A stretch of DNA of 64,000 bases from Alphaproteobacteria bacterium (GTDB lineage: Bacteria > Pseudomonadota > Alphaproteobacteria > SP197), in contig OZ219918.1 in assembly GCA_964291415.2 (NCBI GenBank), positions 192,001 to 256,000 of the forward strand. The letters are read 5' to 3'. Below are positions 1-8,905 of this stretch, in pieces; the first letter of the stretch is position 1, and every line of letters begins with the position of its first letter. The notes under the pieces are model-generated. The model was given only the letters and a program-made list of their open reading frames with translations, made no database searches and was not told the origin of the DNA. Position numbers and translations under genes: made by a program.

Positions 1-1824
1 CAGCGTGAGTTTCCACGTGACCGCTACACGCGCGACTACGTCCTTGCCGGTTCTGCGGGTGCGGAGTGGCCTGTCTGTTCCATAGAGTTCGAAATTCCGG
101 AACAGCAGAAGAGCGATATCGCGACCCTGCTGGGCCCGGACCGGGACGTGCCCGAGACGGTCACCGTCACGCGCCACTACGATGGCTCCCTCGGTTTTTC
201 CTACATGCCGCAGATCGGAGCCAAACCGGCACGGCCAGACCCTCTCATGGAGACCCTCGAGGATCTCGCGCTTTCGGACGACTCGCCGCGCCTGGCTGCA
301 TGGTCCAGCGCGTGGCACGGCCGGTTCGCCGGACTCGATGACGTCACAAGCGCCACCGGCCGCGCCCTGCTCACCGAAATCGACGGCGAGATTTCCGGGC
401 TCGATGATGAACGCCTCGGCGCTCTTGGCGCGATCGTCACCACGATGCTGCGGATGCCCTTCGGAAGCAGGGTGATCGATCACGTCAACGCCCTGGTGGA
501 ACGCGAACTGCCGCGCCTCGTCTACTTCGAGAACTACGGGGTGCTCGACAGCGCCATCTGGCTGCCCGAGATGTTGCGCGGCCTTGAACGCGAGGATCCG
601 GAGCCGCGTTTTCGAACCGCGCTGGCGCTCTTCCGTCATGCGGGCCTTGATCCGCAGGATATCGCGGCACTCGCCGCCCCGGGCAGCAGGGCATCGGGCG
701 AGGACATGCAACGCCAGATGGAGGAGCGGGCGATCCGGCTCAATGCCGCGTCGGTCGACATCAGCCGTCGCTGTAGCGAGCTGTGGTCGCAGCGGCGCCA
801 TCGCATCCGCTATCACGTCGACGGAGACTATTTCCGCATCAGGGTTGCCGACGATTCACTGGAGGATGTGGAGATCGAACTGGAATCCCGCGGCAAGGGC
901 TTCCAGTGGTTCCTCTCGTTCTTCCTCGTCTTTGCAGCGGAGTCCGAGGGCAGCATGGGGGATGCCATCGTACTGCTGGACGAGCCCGGTCTCAGCCTTC
1001 ACCCGACGGCGCAACGTGAACTGCTGGTGTTCTTCGAGCGTCTGTCCTCGCAGAACCAGGTCATCTACACGACTCACTCACCGTTCCTTATCGACGGCGA
1101 TCACCTCGACCGGGTGCGTCCGGTGTTCGAGGACGACACGGGCCATGCCCGCATCCTCAAGGGTTCGTGGCCCGCCCATCCGGAAACGGTGTTCGCGCTC
1201 AAGGCGGCTGCCGGATATGCGATGTTCGATTCCCTTGCGGAACAGGATCGATCGCTGCTTGTCGAACAGGTCAGCGATGCGTGCTACCTGGAGGCGCTGT
1301 CGCGACAATGTGGCCGGACGGGAAGGAGCGCGCTGGGCAGTTCCGTCGACGTGGTGCCCTGCGGCGGTGCGGCCGTGTGCGGCTACCTGGCATCACTTCT
1401 CATGGCCGAGAACCGTCGTCCTCTCATCCTCTTCGACGGCACCGACGCCGCACGTCTTCGCCGGCATGGACTGGTGAGGGAACTCCTTGACGAGGGAGAC
1501 AGCTCGATTGTTCTCCTCGACGAAGCCCTCGGCTGGTCCGGACATGACGTGTGTCTCGAGGACCTGTTCGGAGAGAGCATCATCCTCGAAGGCCTCGGGA
1601 ATGCGACCGGAATCAGCCTGTCGCTTGCCGATGACGGACATCAGGCCGGCCTCGTCGGTCGCATCGAGAGCGCAGCGGCGGCGGCGAACATTGCGCTACC
1701 CCGCTCCTGGCGGCTGTCGACGGCCCTGGCGGTGACGTTGTCGGAGGCGTCCCTGCCGGATGACGTCCTCGATTCGGCCTCGCTCCTCTTCACCAAGCTT
1801 GCCGGTGACGGCCAGGGACGGTGA
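1..1824 (+). CDS. OLD-family ATP-dependent endonuclease (ABC-type ATPase + TOPRIM), 5'-truncated by window edge
   Basis: Frame is open from base 1 (QREFPRDRY...). Signature-like ESRGKGFQWF, Walker B IVLLDEPGLSLHP, H-loop YTTHSPF, TOPRIM-like LLVEQVSD and VVPCGG. Confidence 0.8.
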   Translation, partial: QREFPRDRYTRDYVLAGSAGAEWPVCSIEFEIPEQQKSDIATLLGPDRDVPETVTVTRHYDGSLGFSYMPQIGAKPARPDPLMETLEDLALSDDSPRLAAWSSAWHGRFAGLDDVTSATGRALLTEIDGEISGLDDERLGALGAIVTTMLRMPFGSRVIDHVNALVERELPRLVYFENYGVLDSAIWLPEMLRGLEREDPEPRFRTALALFRHAGLDPQDIAALAAPGSRASGEDMQRQMEERAIRLNAASVDISRRCSELWSQRRHRIRYHVDGDYFRIRVADDSLEDVEIELESRGKGFQWFLSFFLVFAAESEGSMGDAIVLLDEPGLSLHPTAQRELLVFFERLSSQNQVIYTTHSPFLIDGDHLDRVRPVFEDDTGHARILKGSWPAHPETVFALKAAAGYAMFDSLAEQDRSLLVEQVSDACYLEALSRQCGRTGRSALGSSVDVVPCGGAAVCGYLASLLMAENRRPLILFDGTDAARLRRHGLVRELLDEGDSSIVLLDEALGWSGHDVCLEDLFGESIILEGLGNATGISLSLADDGHQAGLVGRIESAAAAANIALPRSWRLSTALAVTLSEASLPDDVLDSASLLFTKLAGDGQGR

Positions 1825-2492
1825 ACGGCAGATTCGCCGTCTACTACACGCCCGCAACCACGTCGGAACTGGCGCGATTCGCTGCGGACTGGCTGGGCGG
1901 CGAGGCCGCCGCCGGCATCCCGGAAGACCTTCACCGCGACATCGTCCGCATTCCCGCAGCGTACGGGTTCCATGCCACGCTGAAGGCTCCGTTTGCTCTC
2001 GCCCCGGGCGCGTCAGGGGACGAGCTCGCCACAGCCACCGCCGCCCTTGCCAGGGACCTTGCCGCATTCAGCGCTCCGCCGCTGGATCTCGCCACTGTCG
2101 ACGGGTTTCTTGCGCTCGTGCTTCGTGAACCATGTCCGGCCATGCACGACCTCGCCGCGGCGTGCGTGACGGTACTCGACCACTTCCGCGCGCCGTTGAC
2201 CGAAGGGGAAAGGGAACGCCGTGTCGCGCAAGGCCTGTCGGCGCGCCAGGAAGCGTTGCTCGACCGCTGGGGCTATCCATTCGTTCTCGACGAATTCCTC
2301 TTTCACATGACGCTGACCCGGCGCCTCGATGATGGTCTCAGCGCACGTATCGCCGACTCACTGGGGCGCAGGCTCGGCCATCTCATCGGGCGGCCGTGGT
2401 GCCTTGATTCCATCTCCCTCGTCCACCAGGCGTCGCGCCAGGAGCCCTTCACCATGAGGGCGCGCTTTCCACTCGGACATTCTGAAGGATGA
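1821..2492 (+). CDS. DUF1045 family protein (2H phosphoesterase-like, usually phosphonate-associated)
   Basis: RFAVYYTP N-terminus, two HxT motifs (YGFHATLKAPF, FHMTLT), WGYPFV; GTGA overlap with the upstream gene. Confidence 0.85.
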   Translation: MNGRFAVYYTPATTSELARFAADWLGGEAAAGIPEDLHRDIVRIPAAYGFHATLKAPFALAPGASGDELATATAALARDLAAFSAPPLDLATVDGFLALVLREPCPAMHDLAAACVTVLDHFRAPLTEGERERRVAQGLSARQEALLDRWGYPFVLDEFLFHMTLTRRLDDGLSARIADSLGRRLGHLIGRPWCLDSISLVHQASRQEPFTMRARFPLGHSEG

Positions 2493-2776
2493 CGGATCCT
2501 CAACGCCGATCGTACAGGGTGCCGCGGCCGAATGCTGTCTGACGGATGAGCAACGCGACCTGCAGGAACGGCTGATCGGGCCCCAGGCCGTCGTATCGGA
2601 GCAAGCCGGGGAGCACCCCTGAAAGGGTGTCGGGGCTCTCCAACGTCGCGGCATCCTTGTCCGCATCACTGCCGGACAGGAACCCACGTCAAGGACACGC
2701 CGGGGCTTGTCCGCAGGGGGCGTACGCATGTCGACTCCATCGGCCTCGGGACGGATTTCGCCGATCAGATCAGGGT

Positions 2777-2805
2777 TTGCATTGACGCCGAGAAGCGGCT
2801 ATAAG
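2777..2805 (+). promoter_or_regulatory. Putative sigma70 promoter of the glxB operon
   Basis: TTGCAT-N17-TATAAG, 42 bp upstream of the ATG at 2848; GAGG RBS before the start. Confidence 0.45.
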
Positions 2806-2847
2806 CATCAATAGCAGGAAACTTCGTTTCATCAGAGGAAACAGGCC

Positions 2848-3759
2848 ATGTGCGGAATTGCCGGTATCCTGTTGAAGAATGGAGACAGTGGAATCGATAC
2901 CGGGACGGCGCTGATCGACATGCTCGACGGCTGTCAGCACCGGGGACCGGACTCCACGGGGTTCGCCCTATACGAGAGCGGCGAGGACGGACAGCTGAAG
3001 CTGCGGTTCCATGTCGGTTCCGACAACGAGGCGGGCGACGCCATCGCCGCCCTCAAGACGGTCTTCGACGAACACGGCGCCGAGGTCATCGAGGAAGAGC
3101 GCATCGCCGGCAGCTACCGTGTCGTGGTGCGTTTCAGCGGTGACCTGCAGAAGTTCTCGTACGCCGTGGAACACGCCGCCAAGGTGGTGTCGATCGGCGA
3201 GAGCCTGGAGATCGTGAAGGACGTGGGCGGCGCCCATGATGTCGATGACACCTACGACGTCCATATGTTCAGGGGTTCGCACGGCCTGGGACACGTGCGC
3301 CTTGCCACCGAATCGGATGTCAAGCCGGAGGCCTCGCACCCCTTCTGGGCGACCGGGTTCGCCGATGTCGCGATCGTCCACAACGGACAGATCACGAACT
3401 ACTGGAAGATGCGCCGTCGTCTCGAGCGCCGCGGGTTCGCGTTCGCGACGGACAACGACAGCGAGCTCATTGCCGTCTATCTCGCCGACAAGATGAACCA
3501 GGGGATTCCCTTGAAGGACTCCCTGGCCTCGTCCATTGACGACATGGACGGGACATTCTCCTTCCTCGTGTCGACCCGCGACGAGATCGGCTACGCGAAG
3601 GACCGGCTTGCCGCCAAGCCGATGATCATGTTCGAGAACGACGACATCATTGCCATTGCCTCTGAAGAGGTCTCGCTCAATCGCCTGTTCCCGGGCCGCG
3701 CGCTCGACACCCGTGAACCGCCTCCGGGAAGCTACAGAACATGGTCACGATCGATCTGA
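2848..3759 (+). CDS. glxB: Class II glutamine amidotransferase, N-methylglutamate synthase subunit A-like (GlxB/MgsA)
   Basis: MCGIAG N-terminal Cys nucleophile, RGPDSTG, GHVRLATES, SHPF, VHNGQITNY, TDNDSE; directly upstream of glxCD. Confidence 0.8.
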   Translation: MCGIAGILLKNGDSGIDTGTALIDMLDGCQHRGPDSTGFALYESGEDGQLKLRFHVGSDNEAGDAIAALKTVFDEHGAEVIEEERIAGSYRVVVRFSGDLQKFSYAVEHAAKVVSIGESLEIVKDVGGAHDVDDTYDVHMFRGSHGLGHVRLATESDVKPEASHPFWATGFADVAIVHNGQITNYWKMRRRLERRGFAFATDNDSELIAVYLADKMNQGIPLKDSLASSIDDMDGTFSFLVSTRDEIGYAKDRLAAKPMIMFENDDIIAIASEEVSLNRLFPGRALDTREPPPGSYRTWSRSI

Positions 3760-5714
3760 AGGACCTGTCGACCCGCGAAGCCAACGAGAGCATTCGCGAG
3801 GCGGCGGCACGGGGCGAGACCATCGAGGTTCTCAATCCCGACGCTCGCCACCACATCGGTGTCGGCGTCATCCACCCGGTTGACATCCACGTCCGTGGAT
3901 CGGCCGGATACTTCTGCGCCGGACTGACCGACACGCCGCGCTTTCACATCGAACGCAATGCCGGCTGGGGGCTGGCAGACAACATGTACCGTGGATCCGT
4001 CGTCGTCGGCGGCAACGCCGGCGCCATAGCCGGGGTGGCGATCCGCGGCGCGGAAGTGGTGATCCGGGGCAACATGGGGTCGCGGGCCGGACAGGTCATG
4101 AAGAAGGGGACGCTGCTGTGCTGCGGCAATGCCAACTTCATGGCCGGCTACATGATGTATGGCGGGCGCATGATCATTCTCGGCGAATCAGGCGAGCGTC
4201 TCGGCGAGGACATGACGGGAGGCGAGATCTTCCTTGGCGGCGATCTGGTGTCACTGGGGTCCGACGCCATGGAGACCGATACCGCGGGAGACGAGATCGA
4301 CGACATCCGGGCCTTTCTCGACCGCTACGAGATTCCCTTCCGGGGCAGCTTCCGCAAGATCGTGAATGCCGGAAAGAAACTGCGCTACGGCACCCCGGAG
4401 CGGCAGGTGCGCTCGATTCCCTACTTCAACTTTTCCGGCGACAGCGACTACTGGAATCACAAGGTCCAGGAAGACGTCTACATCAAGTCCCAGATCGGAC
4501 GCTACCGGGTGAGGGGATACGGCGGCGCCCGCGAACTGCCGCACCTTTCCGACCTTGCCTTCGCCAGGGATGTCATTCCGGATGCAGTCGGCGACGATCC
4601 GGTCTCCAGGGTCCGGATGCACACGCTGATCGGCGGCAAGAACGGCGCCAAACCCCTTGACCTGACGATGCCTGTCCTCATTGCTCCGATGAGCTACGGC
4701 GCTCTTTCCCGTTCCGCCAAGCAGGCGGTCGCCATTGCCTCGGGCATGGCGGGAATCGCCGAGAACACCGGGGAAGGCGGCATGAGCGACGCCCAGCGCG
4801 ATGCGGCAGGTCAGCTCATCTTCCAGATGCTCGGTGGCCGTCTGGGCTGGAACATCCACGACATGAACCGGGCGGATGGCCTGGAGATCTACATTTCCCA
4901 GGGCGCCAAGCCGGGCTTCGGCGGTCAGCTCATGGCCAAGAAGGTGACGAAGGAACTGGCCGAGATCCGCGGCATCCCGGCCGGCATCGACCTTCGTTCG
5001 CCGTCACGCCATCCCGACATCCTCGGTGCCGACGATCTCGTCATCAAGGTCGAGGAGTTGCGCGAGGCGACGGGCTACCGTCTGCCGGTGAGCGTCAAGC
5101 TGGGGGCGGGTCGCATTCACGACGACATCAAGATCGCCGTCAAGGACGGCTTCGACTTCGTCGAACTCGACGGCATGCAGGGCTCGACCGGCGCCGGTGG
5201 CGCCGAGGTGATGGAGTATGTCGGCATCCCGACCATCTCTGCCATCTGCGAGGCGGAACGCGCTCTTGCATCCATCGGCCGCCGCCAGGACATCGAGATT
5301 GTCCTCATGGGCGGGCTGAGAGACGGGGTCGATGCCGTCAAGGCCATGTGCCTGGGCGCCGACGCCGTGGCGCTGGGGACCGCCGCCATCATTGCCGGCG
5401 GCTGCATTGCCTGCATGCAGTGTCATGTCGGCCAGTGCGTGACCGGTATCGCCACCCAGGATCCCGAGCACGAGAAGCGCTACAAGCCCGAAATCGAGGC
5501 GCAGCACATCTACACCTTCCTGGAGAGCGTGCGCTGGCAGATTGCGGCCGTCACATGGGGACTGGGATACGATGACGTACGCGGCCCCTGCCGCGACGAT
5601 CTCGTGGCTCTCACGCCCGAGGCGGCCGAGATCACCGGCCTTCCCCTCTGTCCCGAACGCCGGAATGCGGGGCTTCCCGAAATCGATGCGGCGATGGAAC
5701 GGGCTCTTCGATGA
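3741..5714 (+). CDS. Fused GlxC (GXGXG beta-helix) + GlxD (FMN-binding glutamate synthase barrel); MgsB-MgsC-like
   Basis: N-terminal GXGXG repeats (GSAGYFCAG, GNAG, GNMGSRAG); C-terminal IAPMSYGALS, NTGEGGM, QGAKPGFGG, GGLRDGVD, CIACMQCHVGQCVTGIATQDP. Confidence 0.85.
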   Translation: MVTIDLKDLSTREANESIREAAARGETIEVLNPDARHHIGVGVIHPVDIHVRGSAGYFCAGLTDTPRFHIERNAGWGLADNMYRGSVVVGGNAGAIAGVAIRGAEVVIRGNMGSRAGQVMKKGTLLCCGNANFMAGYMMYGGRMIILGESGERLGEDMTGGEIFLGGDLVSLGSDAMETDTAGDEIDDIRAFLDRYEIPFRGSFRKIVNAGKKLRYGTPERQVRSIPYFNFSGDSDYWNHKVQEDVYIKSQIGRYRVRGYGGARELPHLSDLAFARDVIPDAVGDDPVSRVRMHTLIGGKNGAKPLDLTMPVLIAPMSYGALSRSAKQAVAIASGMAGIAENTGEGGMSDAQRDAAGQLIFQMLGGRLGWNIHDMNRADGLEIYISQGAKPGFGGQLMAKKVTKELAEIRGIPAGIDLRSPSRHPDILGADDLVIKVEELREATGYRLPVSVKLGAGRIHDDIKIAVKDGFDFVELDGMQGSTGAGGAEVMEYVGIPTISAICEAERALASIGRRQDIEIVLMGGLRDGVDAVKAMCLGADAVALGTAAIIAGGCIACMQCHVGQCVTGIATQDPEHEKRYKPEIEAQHIYTFLESVRWQIAAVTWGLGYDDVRGPCRDDLVALTPEAAEITGLPLCPERRNAGLPEIDAAMERALR

Positions 5715-8227
5715 CGGACGCCAACCTCCTGCCGGAAGAACTCGCGGACGACACCGCGGACCGGCACTTCGTGCCCGCTCCCTGCCAGATCGCCTGCCCG
5801 GTCGGCACGGACGCGCCATCCTACATCGCCCACATCTGGGAAGGCAGGTTTGCCGAGGCCTTCGAGGCCATCACGGCGACCAACCCGTTCAGTTCGATCT
5901 GCGGGCGCGTCTGCGACGCACCCTGTGAACCGGCGTGCCGGCGTACGGCAAGCGACGGACCCGTGCAGATCCGCAATCTCAAGCGCTTCGTCATGGACAA
6001 GCTCGGGGCCGAGTGGGTGCCGCCGGCGGCTGAGGTCACCCGTGAAGAGAGTATCGGCATCGTCGGAGCCGGGCCGGCCGGACTGGTGGCGGCCCACGAC
6101 CTTGCCGTCGCCGGATTCAGGGTCGATGTCTATGAGATGACCGACCGTCCAGGCGGCATGATGATCTGGGGCATTCCGGCGTTTCGCCTGCCCGCCGGCA
6201 CCCTGAACGAAGACATGGAGCGGCTGCAGGCCCGCTGTCCCGGACTCGCCATCCACACGAACGTTGCCCTGGGCCGGGACATCACGCTCGCCGACCTCAA
6301 GAAACGCCACGCTGCGGTGGGGCTCACCATCGGTTCCTGGTGGGGCAAGACCATGGGGATCCCCGGTGAGGATGACGGCCGCGTGATCGACGGCGTCGAG
6401 TTCCTGCGCCGGGTCAACGCCGGAGAACGCCCGGCAATGCCGGCGAAAGTCGTCGTCGTTGGCGGCGGCGATGTCGCCATGGATGCCTGCCGGGCCGCCC
6501 TGCGCCTTCCGGGGTGCGAGGAGGTCACGGTCATCTACCGGCGCGGCCCGGAGGACATCCCGGCGCGAAAGATCGAACTCGAGGGCGCCATCGAGGAAGG
6601 CATCGAGTTCATCTACAACACGCAGCAGGTCGGCGTTCTTGCCGACAACGAGGATCGCCTGAGACTGCGTTGCGTGCGCACCACGGCCGGCGAACCTGAT
6701 GCAGACGGCCGTCGTCGGCCCGTCACGGTCGAGGGATCCGAGCACGACATCATGTGCGGCATGGTCATCGCCGCGGTCGGCCAGTACGGCGCCTGCGACG
6801 ACCCCGCCACCCGCAACCTCATGTCCGGCGATCGCGTGCGGACCGACTGGGAGACCATGCGGACCGATGATCCGCAGATCTTCGCCGCCGGTGACGGAGC
6901 TTTCGGGGGCTCCACCATCGTCATGGCCATGAGCCATGGCCAGCGGCTGGCCTACTACATCAAGGCGTGGCTCGACGGCATCGACGATCCCGTTCCCTAT
7001 CGTACGCCGTGGCGGACGCGGCGTGTGCAGGTGGCCCAGGATCTCAAGTGGGAACTCTTCGGCCTGCACCATCCGCCGTTCCACGGCGTCGGCGACAATC
7101 CGGTCGCATTCCCGGAAATCGAGTCGACCTACACCTGGGAGGAGGCGCGCAACGAGGCGGCGCGATGCTATCGCTGCGACGCCGAGACGGGCTCGGCCGA
7201 CTACTCTGTCGTCAACCGGGAGGACATCTTCCTGATGGCGCGGATGAAGCGCGAGGATACGGCGCGCCAGTCCGGCATGCTGGCCAAGCGCCTGCGGCCG
7301 CGTGACAATCCGTTTCCCGGGGACCGTCCGGCCACTGTCGACGACCTGGTGTTCCTGCCGGCCAATCTGTCGAGACTGGTGATCGACCCCTATCGCGAGG
7401 CCTGCAAGGTGGCGACGGATCTGGGGTCCGGACGCATGGAGGTGGCGCAACCCTTCTTCGTGACCGGCTTCGACAACGCACCGGCGGATGTGAAGCGGGG
7501 GGTCGGCCGGGGAATCGCGGAAGCGGCGGCAGGCTACATCGGCATGCAGCCGGTCGCCGACGATGTGGCGTGGTTGCAGCTGGTGGTGGAGGGGCAGATT
7601 CCGCCGCAGGAGGACGCCGCGGGCCTCATTCACGTCATCGGTCCCCGCTTCGAGGCGCCAACGAGGATCCGGCGGTTTCGCGAGGACCAGATCCTCGGCC
7701 TCGCCGTCTCCCACGGGAGCGCTCTCGAGGATGCCATCGGGTTTGCCCTCGATCAGGACCTCGACGTCCTCCTGGTCAACGGCAACACCGCCACCGGACG
7801 CGACTGGCCGGAACTCACCGGCGCGCCCGACCTCACGCTCATGCGCGACACCATCGCCTGCCTGCGTCGGCTCAACATGGAAGAGGAGATCGACATCCTC
7901 TGGTTCGGCGGTCTGCGTTCCGGAACCGATGCCGCCAAGCTCATTGGCATGGGTGCGAAGTCGCTGGTCATGGGCATGACCGTGGCCCTGGCGGCCGGAG
8001 CCGAGTTTGACGAGACCCACCGGCTTACGTTCGCCCCCGACGTTACGGCCGACGAGTGCTCCCGGGCGGTTGCCAACATTCTGAAATCCGCGGTGGGCGA
8101 GGCGTCGATGATGGCCCGCTGCACCGGCAAGACCAATCTCCACAACCTGGAACCCGAGGATCTGCGCGCCCTCACGCTCGCCACCGCCGAGGCCACCGGA
8201 CTGGTTCTCGCCGGACACACGTACTGA
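5711..8227 (+). CDS. GltD-like Fe-S/FAD NAD(P)H oxidoreductase fused to a degenerate GlxD-like FMN barrel
   Basis: PCQIACP...ICGRVCDAPCEPAC Fe-S domain, GAGPAG and GGGDVAMD dinucleotide motifs, EAARCYRC; C-terminal DDLVFLPANLSR...GGLRSGTD...ARCTGKTNLHNLEPEDL resembling GlxD. Confidence 0.8.
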   Translation: MTDANLLPEELADDTADRHFVPAPCQIACPVGTDAPSYIAHIWEGRFAEAFEAITATNPFSSICGRVCDAPCEPACRRTASDGPVQIRNLKRFVMDKLGAEWVPPAAEVTREESIGIVGAGPAGLVAAHDLAVAGFRVDVYEMTDRPGGMMIWGIPAFRLPAGTLNEDMERLQARCPGLAIHTNVALGRDITLADLKKRHAAVGLTIGSWWGKTMGIPGEDDGRVIDGVEFLRRVNAGERPAMPAKVVVVGGGDVAMDACRAALRLPGCEEVTVIYRRGPEDIPARKIELEGAIEEGIEFIYNTQQVGVLADNEDRLRLRCVRTTAGEPDADGRRRPVTVEGSEHDIMCGMVIAAVGQYGACDDPATRNLMSGDRVRTDWETMRTDDPQIFAAGDGAFGGSTIVMAMSHGQRLAYYIKAWLDGIDDPVPYRTPWRTRRVQVAQDLKWELFGLHHPPFHGVGDNPVAFPEIESTYTWEEARNEAARCYRCDAETGSADYSVVNREDIFLMARMKREDTARQSGMLAKRLRPRDNPFPGDRPATVDDLVFLPANLSRLVIDPYREACKVATDLGSGRMEVAQPFFVTGFDNAPADVKRGVGRGIAEAAAGYIGMQPVADDVAWLQLVVEGQIPPQEDAAGLIHVIGPRFEAPTRIRRFREDQILGLAVSHGSALEDAIGFALDQDLDVLLVNGNTATGRDWPELTGAPDLTLMRDTIACLRRLNMEEEIDILWFGGLRSGTDAAKLIGMGAKSLVMGMTVALAAGAEFDETHRLTFAPDVTADECSRAVANILKSAVGEASMMARCTGKTNLHNLEPEDLRALTLATAEATGLVLAGHTY

Positions 8228-8238
8228 AGAGCCCGGTT

Positions 8239-8772
8239 TCAGGTTCTCGTGGCGGGGGCGAGATCGATGACCCTGGGGTCGTATCCGCAGGCCGAAAGGA
8301 AGCGCAGTAGATCACGCGGATGGAGGGCCGTCGTCCGGTTGTTGACGAGCGGGTGCAGGTTGACGAGGTCCGTTTCCATGAGGGCGCGATCGATGTAGAC
8401 GCCGATCTCCTCGCCCGTGTCATTGACGAGCGCAAGGGGCGTCACGGCCCCGGGCTCGACACCGAGAATGTCGCGCACCCTTTCGGGGCGGGCGAAGCTC
8501 AGGCGGGCCGAGCCGATGAGTCCGGCGAGGGCCTTGAGGTCGAGTTCGCGTGACTCCTCGACCACCGCGAGCCACAGCCGCGCCTTCTTGTCCTTGAAGA
8601 ACAGTGTCTTGCAGTGGAGTCCAGGGAGGCTGCCGCGCAACGCGCGGTTGTCGGCCACGGTATGGACGGGTTCATGTTCGTGGGTCGTGCTGGGGATGCC
8701 GAGCTCCTCGAGTCTGGCGAGCAGGTCGCCGGGCGTCGCCCTGCCCGGCATCGTCGTCGTCGGTCGGTTCAT
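8239..8772 (-). CDS. YbaK/ProX-family prolyl-tRNA editing domain protein
   Basis: HEPVHTV, CKTLFFKDKK, RLSFA, LGVEPGAVTPLAL, HPLVNNRT motifs. Confidence 0.85.
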   Translation of the reverse strand: MNRPTTTMPGRATPGDLLARLEELGIPSTTHEHEPVHTVADNRALRGSLPGLHCKTLFFKDKKARLWLAVVEESRELDLKALAGLIGSARLSFARPERVRDILGVEPGAVTPLALVNDTGEEIGVYIDRALMETDLVNLHPLVNNRTTALHPRDLLRFLSACGYDPRVIDLAPATRT

Positions 8773-8905
8773 GGGGCATGTGATCCGGTCTGGTGATGCA
8801 ATCAGGTCCCGGCTTTCCGGCGGTCGACAAATGTCCTACACTTCCGGGGTCTTGATGCAAGGGATCTTGAGCCCTTGTTGATCACTTCTGGGAGGATCCA
8901 GGGAG

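Noticed and set aside
2489-2760. Possible gene remnant (PIVQGAAAECCLTDEQRDLQERL) after DUF1045
   Set aside because: Short, frame-broken, and no family is recognisable by eye.
5510-8218. 902-aa minus-strand ORF
   Set aside because: Antisense shadow of the motif-rich GltD-like gene; such ORFs are common in GC-rich DNA and it has no motifs of its own.
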